From an uncultured Alteromonadaceae bacterium (GTDB lineage: Bacteria; Pseudomonadota; Gammaproteobacteria; Pseudomonadales; Halieaceae), in NCBI GenBank assembly GCA_964454155.1, contig CAYVQI010000001.1, forward strand, positions 4,844-68,843: a DNA stretch of 64,000 nucleotides. Direction: 5' to 3'. Shown here in pieces: positions 29,839 through 39,473 of the stretch (the stretch's first letter is position 1; every line of letters starts with the position of its first letter). The position numbers were made by a program, and so were the translations under genes. The notes beneath the pieces are model-generated. The model was given only the letters and a program-made list of their open reading frames with translations, was not told the DNA's origin and searched no databases.

Positions 29839-31064
29839 CCAGCGGCACCCGGCAATGACAGAAAGAACCCTGCAAGCGAGGCGCTCATCAGGTTCGCAAG
29901 GGTGGCCGCAATTAACGCGCGAACGCCCAGCCGAGAAATGTCGTCACGTCGTGTCGGTGCAATAGCGCCGAGACCGCCCAGTAAAATGGCAATCGATGAC
30001 AAGTTAGCAAAGCCACAGAGTGCAAAAATGACAATGGCTTGTGAAATGGGTGAGAGCGTATCGCTCACCTCGGAAAACGCCACGTACGCAACGAACTCGT
30101 TAAGAATCAGTTTTTGCCCGATTAAACTGCCGACGGTTGATGCCTCAGCCCAAGGCACACCGAGTAGCCAGGCGGCAGGGCTGAGAAAAACGCCCAAGAT
30201 CATTTCTAAGGTAATGCTCTCAAAGCCAACAAACGCCCCAAAATACTGAAGGATTCCGTTAACAAGAGCGATTAACGCAACGAATGCGATCAGCATTGCA
30301 GCGATCGCCGCCGCCATGCGAAGACCGTCGAGCGCGCCAGAAGCCGCCGCATCAATAATATTGACGTATCGCGGCGTCGTTGACTGATCGTCTTGACTAG
30401 GAACGACAGGAACTTCCTGCTCGGGCTCGATTAACTTCGCCATCATCAGCCCGCCCGGCGCCGCCATGAAGCTTGCTGTGACCAAATACTCAAGCGGAAT
30501 CCCGAGCGCGACGTAACCCGCCATCACCGAACCTGCAATGGTGGATAGTCCACCCACCATGATCGCAAACAACTCCGATTGCGTCATTCTGGGAATAAAA
30601 GGCTTTACGACCAACGGCGCCTCTGCCTGCCCAACGAAAATATTCGCAGCAGCCGACATGGACTCGGCGTGACTCGTCCCCAAACACCGACGCAAACCGC
30701 CGCCTAAAATGCGAACGACCCACATCATGATTCCCAGGTGGTACAAAACAGCAATAAAAGCGCTAAAGAATACGACGACCGGGAGCACATTAACCGCGAA
30801 AACGAACCCAATGGGACCGTCATAAGCCGCAAGTTGACCAAACATAAAGTCAATTCCGGCGCGTGAATAACCCAATAGTGCGCCTGTGGCGTCGGCGGCC
30901 GAGCTCAAGGCGCGGTTTCCCCAAGTGGTGAAGAGAGCGACGCCGCCAACGGTGAACTGAATGGCGAAGGCAATAGTGACCGTTTTCCAAGCAACGCTGT
31001 GTCGACTTGATGAAAGTGTATAAGCGAAGCCTACAATGGCCAGCATACCGATGACACTGTGCAT
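29835..31064 (-). CDS. nupC: Concentrative nucleoside transporter (NupC/CNT)
   Basis: AANIFVGQAEAP, TIAGSV, ASFMAAPG, KLILNEFVAY, ALCGFANLSS. Confidence 0.92.
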   Translation of the reverse strand: MHSVIGMLAIVGFAYTLSSSRHSVAWKTVTIAFAIQFTVGGVALFTTWGNRALSSAADATGALLGYSRAGIDFMFGQLAAYDGPIGFVFAVNVLPVVVFFSAFIAVLYHLGIMMWVVRILGGGLRRCLGTSHAESMSAAANIFVGQAEAPLVVKPFIPRMTQSELFAIMVGGLSTIAGSVMAGYVALGIPLEYLVTASFMAAPGGLMMAKLIEPEQEVPVVPSQDDQSTTPRYVNIIDAAASGALDGLRMAAAIAAMLIAFVALIALVNGILQYFGAFVGFESITLEMILGVFLSPAAWLLGVPWAEASTVGSLIGQKLILNEFVAYVAFSEVSDTLSPISQAIVIFALCGFANLSSIAILLGGLGAIAPTRRDDISRLGVRALIAATLANLMSASLAGFFLSLPGAAG

Positions 31065-31122
31065 GGTTCGTCCCGAGAAGATTAAGGCGTCACCATACCG
31101 GTATTTAAGAAGTCATCCAAAC

Positions 31123-31146
31123 AAAAAAGCCCGCAATTGAGGCCTT
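31123..31146 (-). terminator. Intrinsic terminator about 60 nt upstream of nupC
   Basis: Minus strand AAAGGCCU-caauugc-GGGCUUUUUUGUUU. Confidence 0.6.
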
Positions 31147-31376
31147 TCAGTCCCCAGTAACGGTCGCAATTCCTTTGACCTGACACGGCAGTACCGCGCC
31201 AATCAACTCGAAACTTTCACGACGTTATTGCGCTGGGATGTAGGTCGGTGTCAGAGCCCTTGAGGGCTGAACTGCTGGACTTCGCGACGTCGAGGCAAGG
31301 CCTCGGTCTGTCAGTAACGTGAGCGTCAACACCACGGGTACGACCCAGGTAAATTGGCCTGCCCAAGGTGTAAGCA

Positions 31377-31478
31377 CTAAACCATTGAGCCTACAGAGTA
31401 CAACATGACTGAGACGACCACTGAGAAAGTCAGTGCGGTGCTCGCTGCGTTCAGCCAGCTGGGGATGTTACCGTTCAT
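31377..31478 (-). CDS. Putative 33-aa hydrophobic small protein
   Basis: MNGNIPSWLNAASTALTFSVVVSVMLYSVGSMV*; AAGGA RBS 9 nt upstream; preceded by an AT-rich promoter-like region. Confidence 0.5.
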   Translation of the reverse strand: MNGNIPSWLNAASTALTFSVVVSVMLYSVGSMV

Positions 31479-31642
31479 GACGCATTTTCCTTGTTTGAGG
31501 GGGTACTTCAGAAGCCCTTATGTTACTTAAAAACACATATAAGGTAACGATTTAAAATTGGTATTATTTATTTTTATATATTTTAATTTAATAATGCATA
31601 ACCATAAGGAATATATAAAACTGGGAAGGCGTTTTTCTGACC

Positions 31643-31670
31643 AAAAAAAACCCCGGGAATCCGGGGTTTT
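31643..31670 (-). terminator. Intrinsic terminator of the Oar-like receptor gene
   Basis: A8-CCCCGG-gaat-CCGGGG-TTTT. Confidence 0.88.
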
Positions 31671-31715
31671 AAGTGACGTGACTGTGGCGTCAGACCTCAA
31701 TGCATCCAAGCGCTC

Positions 31716-34700
31716 TTAAAAGTCATACTTTAAACCAATCTGAATTTGCCAAACTGACTGACTCAACACCTCGAAGTTCTTAATACTGCTATCGCTGTTT
31801 AATCTTAAGTACTCGTATTGTCCGTTATTAATTACCGCAGACACGACATCTCTCTCATACTCATACCGCGTCCGCTCAATGCGACCCCAGTCGTCATTCA
31901 GCAAGTTCCCAAGGTTCTCGATATCAAAGAATAATTTAAAGGAGTGTTCGGGGTTTAAAGCTGGCAACTCCTGCTGAATCCTAAGATCCACCATTGTCGT
32001 CATTGACGAATTATCGCCGTTACGAGGTGCGATGCCGCCCGCATACCGCGCAAGCTCCGACCCATTGATGTAATCGATAAACGCTTGCTGATCAGCCACG
32101 ACACCACCGAACGAGGCCGCTGAGAACAAAGGATCATTGATGCCATCGGGAACATAGAGCAGGTGACCGGCATCATCATTTCGACTCTCTCGTGCACAAC
32201 GCCCACCATTGAGATCAAGCACGCAATTATTGTTCTCCGAAAACGTATAGCTGTAAGGCTGCCCACTGCGTCGTGTTGCGAATAGCGAGGCTTTTGTCTC
32301 ATAGCCGTCAATTAACTCTTTCCGCCAGTTCAGACGCAACTTAAACATGTGCTCTACCTGGAAGTTCGAGGTGCCCTCGCGAGGGCTTTGACGATCATAC
32401 GCCGCAAAGTCAGAGTAGTTAGACGTTGCAGTTGATGAGGTACCGTAACCGATGTCCTTCACGTCGGCATGCGTATAACTCGCAAATAGGTCAAAGCGAC
32501 CAACGCTGGTCGTCCAGTCTTTGGAGGCTGAAAGCGCGAATAACGTACTCTTCCCTCCGTCAAAAGAGCCCACTGCAAGGGCTTCTGGAGCACCGCCGCA
32601 GTCATAGACACCTCGGCCGTCGGGTGCTGTCGCGACAGGCTGCTCACAACGCTGATCGTACCAGTAGGATGCATTGTCTAACGTGTTGTGCAAGATGTCG
32701 GCCGAAAGCAACCACTCCTCACCCAGAGCACCGAGATCGATTTGATGCGCGACACCCAGGCTAAGTTTCGTTGTGGTGGGGATCTCAAAATCTGGCCTCA
32801 ACGCATTGACAGATCCATCGGGTGATTCATTTGCGAGCGCCGAAAGCACATCCGTGGGGATATACTGACCCGTGGCGGCATCTGGTGTCGTTGGCACCGC
32901 CACAACACCAAAGGCGTTCGAACTGTCAGAAATTACGCCGTCGTTTGAGTAGCTGTTTGAAATCCAAACGCCGGGCGAGCCACCGGAAAATTTACCGATA
33001 CCACCGCGAACAGTGGTGTTTTCAGAGACATACCATTTAAAAGAAAGCCGGGGGAGAATGACATCAAGACCGTCAATGTCTTTCGTATTGGAGTACCCAT
33101 ATCGATCTTCAAAATTAGAGTTTGCACGAATGGATCCGTTACTGGAGTACTTATCGTAACGAACACCAAAATCAACCTCCAAATCAGCGCTCACATTCCA
33201 GCTGTCTTGTATGTATAACGACTGGTAGTCGTAACCCCAAATAGCCCTTAAATCGTTTTCGTTATTGGTGATCGCGTTATTGTATAAAAGCCCTGATGCT
33301 GTCGCGTTTTCTAAGTCAGCGACGCTGTCAAAGACGTAAGAGCCCTCGGAGTTCTGCGCGAAGAGGTTATCGACGTCCACTTCTTCTCGTTCAACACCCA
33401 TCTTCAACAAGTGATCCCCAAGCACATACTCGGCAACAAACTTAATTTGAAAAAAGTCTTGATCGAGTTCATTTCCATGCCGGAATCGGTCTGGGCCAAA
33501 CACCAGATAGTTTTCCTCACCCTCCGACTCGCGAAGAAGGACAGCCATCGACGGGAACTCGGCACCGTTTAATGAATTCTGTCCAGTTGATTGCGTCGTA
33601 CTTGCAATTTTGATCTCTGTTGAGAAGTTATCCGACCAATCAGAGAATACGTGACCAATGACGCTCTCTACTTCCTCGGAGCGGTCGTACCACGCCGATG
33701 ACGCACCCAACCTATTATCTGACGCTAAAAAGTTATTACCATTCTGTTCCCTGATCGTATTTCCTTCGGTCTTAATGTACGTCAGCTTAGCGCGATGATT
33801 CTCACTGATATTCCAATCGACATTTGCGAGAACCTTTTCGTCTTCCGCAGGCCCTTTATTGAACCCACCAATATCAAAGCCCCACACGTCGCTGACGATT
33901 TGAGCCACCTGCGCAACATCGTCAAGAGTAATGTCTTGCTCCGTATTAAGTGCGCCTGAACCCGCAGGCCCATTTTGCAAGGGTGCAATCTCCTCATACT
34001 TGTCGTACGCCACAAAGAAAAAGAGCTTGTCTTTGATAATCGGACCGCCAAAGGTCGCTACAAAGGTCTCTTCTTCGAATTTGAAATCGAACTCATCATC
34101 GCCATTCTTATCGCCAATCGTGCTGTCATCAGTAGAGTAATATCCGACAGAGCCTTCGAATGTATTAGTGCCCGACTTTGTCACTGCATTGATCGTGCCA
34201 CCGGTAAATCCATTGTATTCAACATCGAAAGGCGCTGTTTGAATGGACAGTGACTCAATCGCGTCGTAGGAAATAGGCGACCGCTGCGATGGATAACCAT
34301 TGGCGTTAAGACCAAACCTGTCGTTGAGCGCAACACCATCAATGGTGAGCGAGTTAAAGCGGTTATTCGCTCCGGCAATCGTCAGTTCTTTGGCACCGCC
34401 GCTTTGCACATTGACTGCTGCAAACGGATCAAGCTGAGCCGCATCAGTAATATCTCGATCGATTGAGATCACCTCTTGCAAAGCTTCCAGCCCTAAACTC
34501 GTGCTCAAACCTTCGTTCTTAAAGCCAGTTTGACCCAAGCGCTGAGCCGTGACAGCGACAACTTCCATCGCGCCACTCGCCCGCACAACGACCGGGACAC
34601 TCATCCCTTGATCAAGGCTTAGATAGACATCGTCAACTTTCGCGTTTTCAAAACCAGGCCCCGATACCGAAATCGAATACGGACCACCAACACGTAAGCT

Positions 34701-34922
34701 TCTTGCCGAGAACGCACCACTTGAATTTGTCGTTGTCCGCGAAACTGTCCCAGATGGCGTATGTGTGATCGTGACCGCCGCATTTGAGAACGTTTGTCCT
34801 GCTTGTGTAGCGACGCTGCCACGAATTGACGACGTTGTCGTGTTCGCCAATACCGCTGTCGACATGACTAATGACAATGTCACCGTAAGGACAGTGCTCA
34901 TTGCTCTGCGCAAATAATTCAT
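31716..34922 (-). CDS. TonB-dependent receptor, Oar/OmpA-related class with N-terminal extension
   Basis: 1068 aa; signal peptide, LRVGGPYS, NSLTIDGV..NDRFGL, GFTGGTINAVTKSGTN, C-terminal IGLKYDF. Confidence 0.92.
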   Translation of the reverse strand: MNYLRRAMSTVLTVTLSLVMSTAVLANTTTSSIRGSVATQAGQTFSNAAVTITHTPSGTVSRTTTNSSGAFSARSLRVGGPYSISVSGPGFENAKVDDVYLSLDQGMSVPVVVRASGAMEVVAVTAQRLGQTGFKNEGLSTSLGLEALQEVISIDRDITDAAQLDPFAAVNVQSGGAKELTIAGANNRFNSLTIDGVALNDRFGLNANGYPSQRSPISYDAIESLSIQTAPFDVEYNGFTGGTINAVTKSGTNTFEGSVGYYSTDDSTIGDKNGDDEFDFKFEEETFVATFGGPIIKDKLFFFVAYDKYEEIAPLQNGPAGSGALNTEQDITLDDVAQVAQIVSDVWGFDIGGFNKGPAEDEKVLANVDWNISENHRAKLTYIKTEGNTIREQNGNNFLASDNRLGASSAWYDRSEEVESVIGHVFSDWSDNFSTEIKIASTTQSTGQNSLNGAEFPSMAVLLRESEGEENYLVFGPDRFRHGNELDQDFFQIKFVAEYVLGDHLLKMGVEREEVDVDNLFAQNSEGSYVFDSVADLENATASGLLYNNAITNNENDLRAIWGYDYQSLYIQDSWNVSADLEVDFGVRYDKYSSNGSIRANSNFEDRYGYSNTKDIDGLDVILPRLSFKWYVSENTTVRGGIGKFSGGSPGVWISNSYSNDGVISDSSNAFGVVAVPTTPDAATGQYIPTDVLSALANESPDGSVNALRPDFEIPTTTKLSLGVAHQIDLGALGEEWLLSADILHNTLDNASYWYDQRCEQPVATAPDGRGVYDCGGAPEALAVGSFDGGKSTLFALSASKDWTTSVGRFDLFASYTHADVKDIGYGTSSTATSNYSDFAAYDRQSPREGTSNFQVEHMFKLRLNWRKELIDGYETKASLFATRRSGQPYSYTFSENNNCVLDLNGGRCARESRNDDAGHLLYVPDGINDPLFSAASFGGVVADQQAFIDYINGSELARYAGGIAPRNGDNSSMTTMVDLRIQQELPALNPEHSFKLFFDIENLGNLLNDDWGRIERTRYEYERDVVSAVINNGQYEYLRLNSDSSIKNFEVLSQSVWQIQIGLKYDF

Positions 34923-35071
34923 TGGTACTCCTCGTTAGGGAAAGTGATGTGAGTGCTCGGTCAGACCTTTTATGCTGTCTGAGTGTACTGGGCTTTTTTT
35001 ACAGTCTTGTGTCGTCGTTAAATAATGTCGGCCTACTGCCTGCTCATTTCTCGCCGTGCAGGCGCGCCACC

Positions 35072-36181
35072 TTAGTCAAGGGTCATCAACATCGGCTTCT
35101 CAAATGCGGCTAAATGGTTGAGGTCACCGCGCTCAACCACTTTGACCCAATCGGGGTTTGCAATCAACGCTCGACCGACGGCGACCAAGTCGAAATCGCC
35201 ACGCTCCAACATTGCAATCAGCCGATCAAGCGACGCGGGTTTCGCCGCACTGAAGCCCACCTCTCCCGGATCAGGAATAAAGTCTGCATCAAGGCTGACA
35301 CTGCCCACGGTAATGGTGGGTAAGCCGGTCAATTTCTTGACCCAACCGGCAAGATTCAGGTCGCTGCCGTCAAATTCAGGCTCCCAAAACCGGCGCTGAC
35401 TGCAGTGAAACAAATCCACACCGGCATCCACGAGCGGCTCAAGGAAGCCCGAGAGTGCCTCTTCGGTGTGCGCAAGACGGGCCGTGTAGTCTTGTTGCTT
35501 CCATTGCGACCACCGAAGAATAATAGGGAAGTCCTTTCCTACCTCGGCGCGACAGGCGGCGACGAGCTCTGCGACAAACTGACCGCGCCCTGCCATAGAG
35601 CCACCGTAAGTGTCGTCGCGTTGGTTGGTGCCCTCCCACAGAAACTGATCCAGCAGATAACCGTGAGCACCGTGTATTTCGATCGCATCAAAACCAATGG
35701 CTTGTGAGTCGCGCGCCCCCTTAGCAAAGGCGGCAATAACATCATCAATATCGGATGTTGTCATCGTATGTCGGTTGACCTTTCCAGGGACATTCATGCC
35801 CGATGGGGCGTAGCCATCAACATCGCCTTCGGGGAGCACACCGCGTTTACGCATGCCACCCACGTGCCATAGCTGCGGCGCAATCTTACCGCCCTCTTGA
35901 TGGACCGCATCCACAACGCGCTTCCAACCGGCGAGTCGCTCTTCCCCATGAATATAAGGAACGCCTGGATAACCGCTGGCCGCGATGTGATCGACACAGG
36001 TGCCCTCGGTCACAATCAAACCCACACCACCCGCCGCACGCCTTCGGTAGTACTCGACATTGCCGTCGTTGGGTGTGTTATCCGGAGACTGGTTCCGAGT
36101 CATGGGTGCCATAACGACACGATTGTTAAGTTGAAGACCACCTACGTTGACCGGACTCAGGAGCGCGTCATGGGAACCCAT
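35072..36181 (-). CDS. NADH:flavin oxidoreductase (Old Yellow Enzyme family)
   Basis: NRVVMAPMTR, QLWHVG, EIHGAHGYLLDQF, NQRDDTYGG, VAVGRALIANPDW. Confidence 0.92.
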   Translation of the reverse strand: MGSHDALLSPVNVGGLQLNNRVVMAPMTRNQSPDNTPNDGNVEYYRRRAAGGVGLIVTEGTCVDHIAASGYPGVPYIHGEERLAGWKRVVDAVHQEGGKIAPQLWHVGGMRKRGVLPEGDVDGYAPSGMNVPGKVNRHTMTTSDIDDVIAAFAKGARDSQAIGFDAIEIHGAHGYLLDQFLWEGTNQRDDTYGGSMAGRGQFVAELVAACRAEVGKDFPIILRWSQWKQQDYTARLAHTEEALSGFLEPLVDAGVDLFHCSQRRFWEPEFDGSDLNLAGWVKKLTGLPTITVGSVSLDADFIPDPGEVGFSAAKPASLDRLIAMLERGDFDLVAVGRALIANPDWVKVVERGDLNHLAAFEKPMLMTLD

Positions 36182-36351
36182 GTTAAAAACCTTGTTCATC
36201 AAAGAGCGGGAAGCATAGACCCACCCATCGTTTGAATGCAAAAAAAAATAGGCAGTGAGCGTCGCGCCTTCGTCGTGGTTCAATAGCACGTCCCAGAGTC
36301 TGACTGCGACGGGTTCGAGTAAAGAAGGTAACAGACACGAGGCAACGTTAA

Positions 36352-37656
36352 ATGCGCCATCTTCATTGGTTCAGATCGGACCTGCGACTCAACGACAATC
36401 CAGCGCTTGCAAGTCACGCAGCCTCGGACTCACTGCTCTGTCTTTACCTGATGCCAAAGCCAAAGCCATGGTGCAACCTGACCGGCATCGGACCCCAGCG
36501 CGAGCGCTTCCTGCGCGAATCACTGATCGCGCTTAAAAACGACTTGCAAACGATGGGTCAGGATCTCCTCGTGCTTGAGGGATCAGCAGAGCTGGTGATC
36601 CCGCACCTCGTCGAGCGGTTTGCAATCACGGAGATCAGCGTGAGTGATCATCCAGGCTGGGAAGAAAAATGCGCTGTTGATTACCTGACCGACAAACTGG
36701 ACATACCCGTGCAGGTCCATCGTGGGAACACTCTCTTTGCGGAGCTTGACTTACCGATGACGCTGGACGACCTCCCTCTCGTGTTCTCGCCCTTTAGACG
36801 TAAAGTCGAAAAGCTCTCGGTCAGAGGACCGCGACCTGCACTCGCACATCTCCCCGAACCTCCTTCTGCACAGTTTGATGACATTCCTCTGTCGAGCAAT
36901 CGGCCTCACCCTGGGTTGCCTATTCCAGGCGGTCGAGCGGCAGGTCTGAGACGTGTAAAACAGTTTATTTTTGATGACGAAGCGATTACCACCTACAAAG
37001 CCACGCGCAACTGTCTCGACGGCTTTGACGGATCCAGTACGTTCTCGCCATGGCTGGCCAACGGCAATTTGTCAGTGCGAGAAGTCGCCCACACTATTTT
37101 TGATTTTGAGCGCGAAAACACTGCAAACGAGTCGACCTACTGGCTGTTCTTTGAGCTGATATGGCGTGAGTTTTTCTACTGGCGTGCGCAGGCAGATGGC
37201 AAGTCGCTGTTTTTACTCTCAGGTAAGACCGGAAAGCCGAGGCGCTCGACGTTTGAGCCTCGCAACTTTGCGAGATGGTGTGCCGGCGACACCAACCACC
37301 CGATTGTTAATGCACTCATGCGTCAACTTGTCGCCACCGGCTGGATGAGTAATCGCGGTCGACAAATCGTCGCAAGTTGCCTGATCAACGAACTCGAGGG
37401 CGACTGGCGGTTTGGTGCAGCCTTCTTCGAAAAACACCTCATCGACTACGATGTCGGCAGTAACTATGGGAACTGGCAATACATTGCAGGAGTCGGCAGC
37501 GACCCGCGCGGTGGACGCCACTTCAATCTCGAAAAGCAGACGGCAGAGCATGACCCCGAAGGCACGTTTGTTGCCAAGTGGGGCGGTGTTCGTCCCTTTC
37601 AACCTGACTTCGTAACCGACGCCGCAGATTGGCCGATCGACAGTGAAAAAATCTGA
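36352..37656 (+). CDS. DASH-family cryptochrome
   Basis: WFRSDLRLNDN, YKATRN, SSTFSPWLANG, FELIWREFF, TGWMSNRGRQ, DYDVGSNYGNW, VGSDPRGGR. Confidence 0.9.
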   Translation: MRHLHWFRSDLRLNDNPALASHAASDSLLCLYLMPKPKPWCNLTGIGPQRERFLRESLIALKNDLQTMGQDLLVLEGSAELVIPHLVERFAITEISVSDHPGWEEKCAVDYLTDKLDIPVQVHRGNTLFAELDLPMTLDDLPLVFSPFRRKVEKLSVRGPRPALAHLPEPPSAQFDDIPLSSNRPHPGLPIPGGRAAGLRRVKQFIFDDEAITTYKATRNCLDGFDGSSTFSPWLANGNLSVREVAHTIFDFERENTANESTYWLFFELIWREFFYWRAQADGKSLFLLSGKTGKPRRSTFEPRNFARWCAGDTNHPIVNALMRQLVATGWMSNRGRQIVASCLINELEGDWRFGAAFFEKHLIDYDVGSNYGNWQYIAGVGSDPRGGRHFNLEKQTAEHDPEGTFVAKWGGVRPFQPDFVTDAADWPIDSEKI

Positions 37657-37792
37657 TCTCCCCACCAAAACCTGTCCTGTCTGCCATCGTCCGTTTGCTT
37701 GGCGCGCGAAATGGCGGCTCAACTGGGAGTCGGTCGTCTATTGCTCAAAGCGCTGTGCGAGTCGTCGCTACACCCTAAAGAATAAGCCTTAA
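37643..37792 (+). CDS. DUF2256-type Cys-rich small protein, missed by the ORF track
   Basis: Manual translation from GTG: MKKSDLPTKTCPVCHRPFAWRAKWRLNWESVVYCSKRCASRRYTLKNKP*. Confidence 0.85.
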   Translation: MKKSDLPTKTCPVCHRPFAWRAKWRLNWESVVYCSKRCASRRYTLKNKP

Positions 37793-39312
37793 GTCCACTG
37801 ATCGATCATCTGGTCGGCCCATTGAACAATCACCGCGCGCTCGTCAGGGTCGCGTTTTCGCCAATTAGCAACGACCAACCCCATTCTAGGATTGCCGCCA
37901 AACCGGTCGAGGTGCTGATCGATGAAGCGCCAATAAAGGCTGTTAAACGGACACGCGTCCGGCCCCGTGACTTTGGTAGGTTTGTACCGACATTGCTGAC
38001 AGTGATTTCCTTGCTTCTGGATGTACTTGCCACTCGCCGCATAGGGCTTGCTTGCAATAACCGCATTGTCGGCATAAAGCGCCATTCCCAGTGTATTTGG
38101 AAGCTCAACCCACTCGTAGGCATCCACGTAAACCCCGAGATACCAATCGCACACCTCGGTGACATCAAGCCCCGTTAACAGTGCGAAGTTTCCGATCACC
38201 ATCAACCGTTGAATATGATGGGCATAACCGTGGTCTAGAGACTGCTCAATAGCGCGACTCAGGCATCGCATTTCGGTATCTGCGGTCCAAAAGTAGTTGG
38301 GTAATGGTCGATTGGCAGACAGCGCGTTCCTGTTTTTGTACTCGGGCATGAGCAACCAATAAATGCCTCGAATGTATTCACGCCATCCCAGAATTTGACG
38401 AATAAAGCCCTCCGCAGTAGACAGTGAACAGGCCCCCTGTTGCCAGGCCTTTTCGACCCTCTCGCAAACCTCCAATGGCTCAAGGAGGCCACAGTTGATG
38501 TACATGGAAATGAGTCCGTGAAATACCCAAGGCGACTCTTCAACCAACGCGTCTTGATACGCACCAAAGTCAGCCAGTGCATGCTCCAAAAACCAGTCGA
38601 ACTGACGGCCCACTTCTTCTCGCGTCACTGCAAGACGAAAATGCGAGAGGTCTCCGGGGTTTTCAGGGAAGAACGCGTTAACCGCATCAATTACCTCGCG
38701 GGTCATCGCGTCAATCGGCGCATCCATCCGATCTGGAATATCACGCTGATTTCGCCAACCGGCGCGATTATCCGCGTCGTAATTCCACTTACCCCCCGCC
38801 GGATCAGAACCCTCCATTAAGAGCTGGTATCGCGCGCGCATCTTTCGATAAAAGAATTCCATGCGCAGCTGCTTTTTGCCGTCTGCCCATGCGGCGAAGT
38901 CCGCATGAGAGGCGAGAAAACGATCGTCCTCTAAGACGGTAACCGGCAGTTTGAACGCGTCTTGCCAACCGCGAAGTTCGTCCAACAAACGGTACTCGCC
39001 CGGCTCGCAGACGAGGAGCTCGCTCACGTCGCACGAATCGAGGATCAGCCTCACCGCCATTTCGAGACTCTGTACACGTTGATCAATGGTGATGTAGTGA
39101 ACGCGGTGACCGGCCGCTTCCAGATCATCGCGAAAGTGGCGCATCGCTGAAAACAGGAGCACGATCTTGTGGCGGTTATGCCTGACGTAACTTGCTTCCT
39201 CCCAGACCTCGGCGAGCAAAATAACATCGATGCCTGGACGTGCCTGGCGAAGAGCGGGTTGTCTAGGGCTCAGTTGGTCGGCTAGGACCAAAATTAACTT
39301 TGAATCATTCAT
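37789..39312 (-). CDS. FeS-cluster bacterial cryptochrome/(6-4) photolyase (PhrB/CryB type)
   Basis: LVLADQL, SAMRHF, LRMEFFYR, GGKWNYDADNR, YAHHIQRLM, SKPYAASG; four FeS Cys (MRCL, HCQQC, ACPF). Confidence 0.92.
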   Translation of the reverse strand: MNDSKLILVLADQLSPRQPALRQARPGIDVILLAEVWEEASYVRHNRHKIVLLFSAMRHFRDDLEAAGHRVHYITIDQRVQSLEMAVRLILDSCDVSELLVCEPGEYRLLDELRGWQDAFKLPVTVLEDDRFLASHADFAAWADGKKQLRMEFFYRKMRARYQLLMEGSDPAGGKWNYDADNRAGWRNQRDIPDRMDAPIDAMTREVIDAVNAFFPENPGDLSHFRLAVTREEVGRQFDWFLEHALADFGAYQDALVEESPWVFHGLISMYINCGLLEPLEVCERVEKAWQQGACSLSTAEGFIRQILGWREYIRGIYWLLMPEYKNRNALSANRPLPNYFWTADTEMRCLSRAIEQSLDHGYAHHIQRLMVIGNFALLTGLDVTEVCDWYLGVYVDAYEWVELPNTLGMALYADNAVIASKPYAASGKYIQKQGNHCQQCRYKPTKVTGPDACPFNSLYWRFIDQHLDRFGGNPRMGLVVANWRKRDPDERAVIVQWADQMIDQWT

Positions 39313-39423
39313 GACTGACCTTACGAAACAGTCACCAGTTCAGACGCATTGATCGGACCGATAAGGTTAGACAAGACTGTCTTTTTTTATTTTCTACAAA
39401 GCGATTGCGTGCACGCAACAGGC

Positions 39424-39453
39424 AAAAAAAACCCCGAAAAATCGGGGCTTTTA
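39424..39453 (-). terminator. Intrinsic terminator
   Basis: A8-CCCCGA-aaaa-TCGGGG-CTTTT downstream of 39474..40160. Confidence 0.82.
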
Positions 39454-39473
39454 TTACTCCAAAAAAACGCTGT

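Noticed and set aside
31160-31260. SRP (4.5S) or 6S RNA
   Set aside because: The GTCAGGTC and GGGATGTAG fragments reminiscent of 4.5S lie on opposite strands, and the conserved GGAAGGAAGCAGC loop is absent.
31643-39453. Similar CCCCG hairpins at 31643 and 39424 as REP-like repeats
   Set aside because: There are only two short copies with different loops, each explained as an intrinsic terminator.
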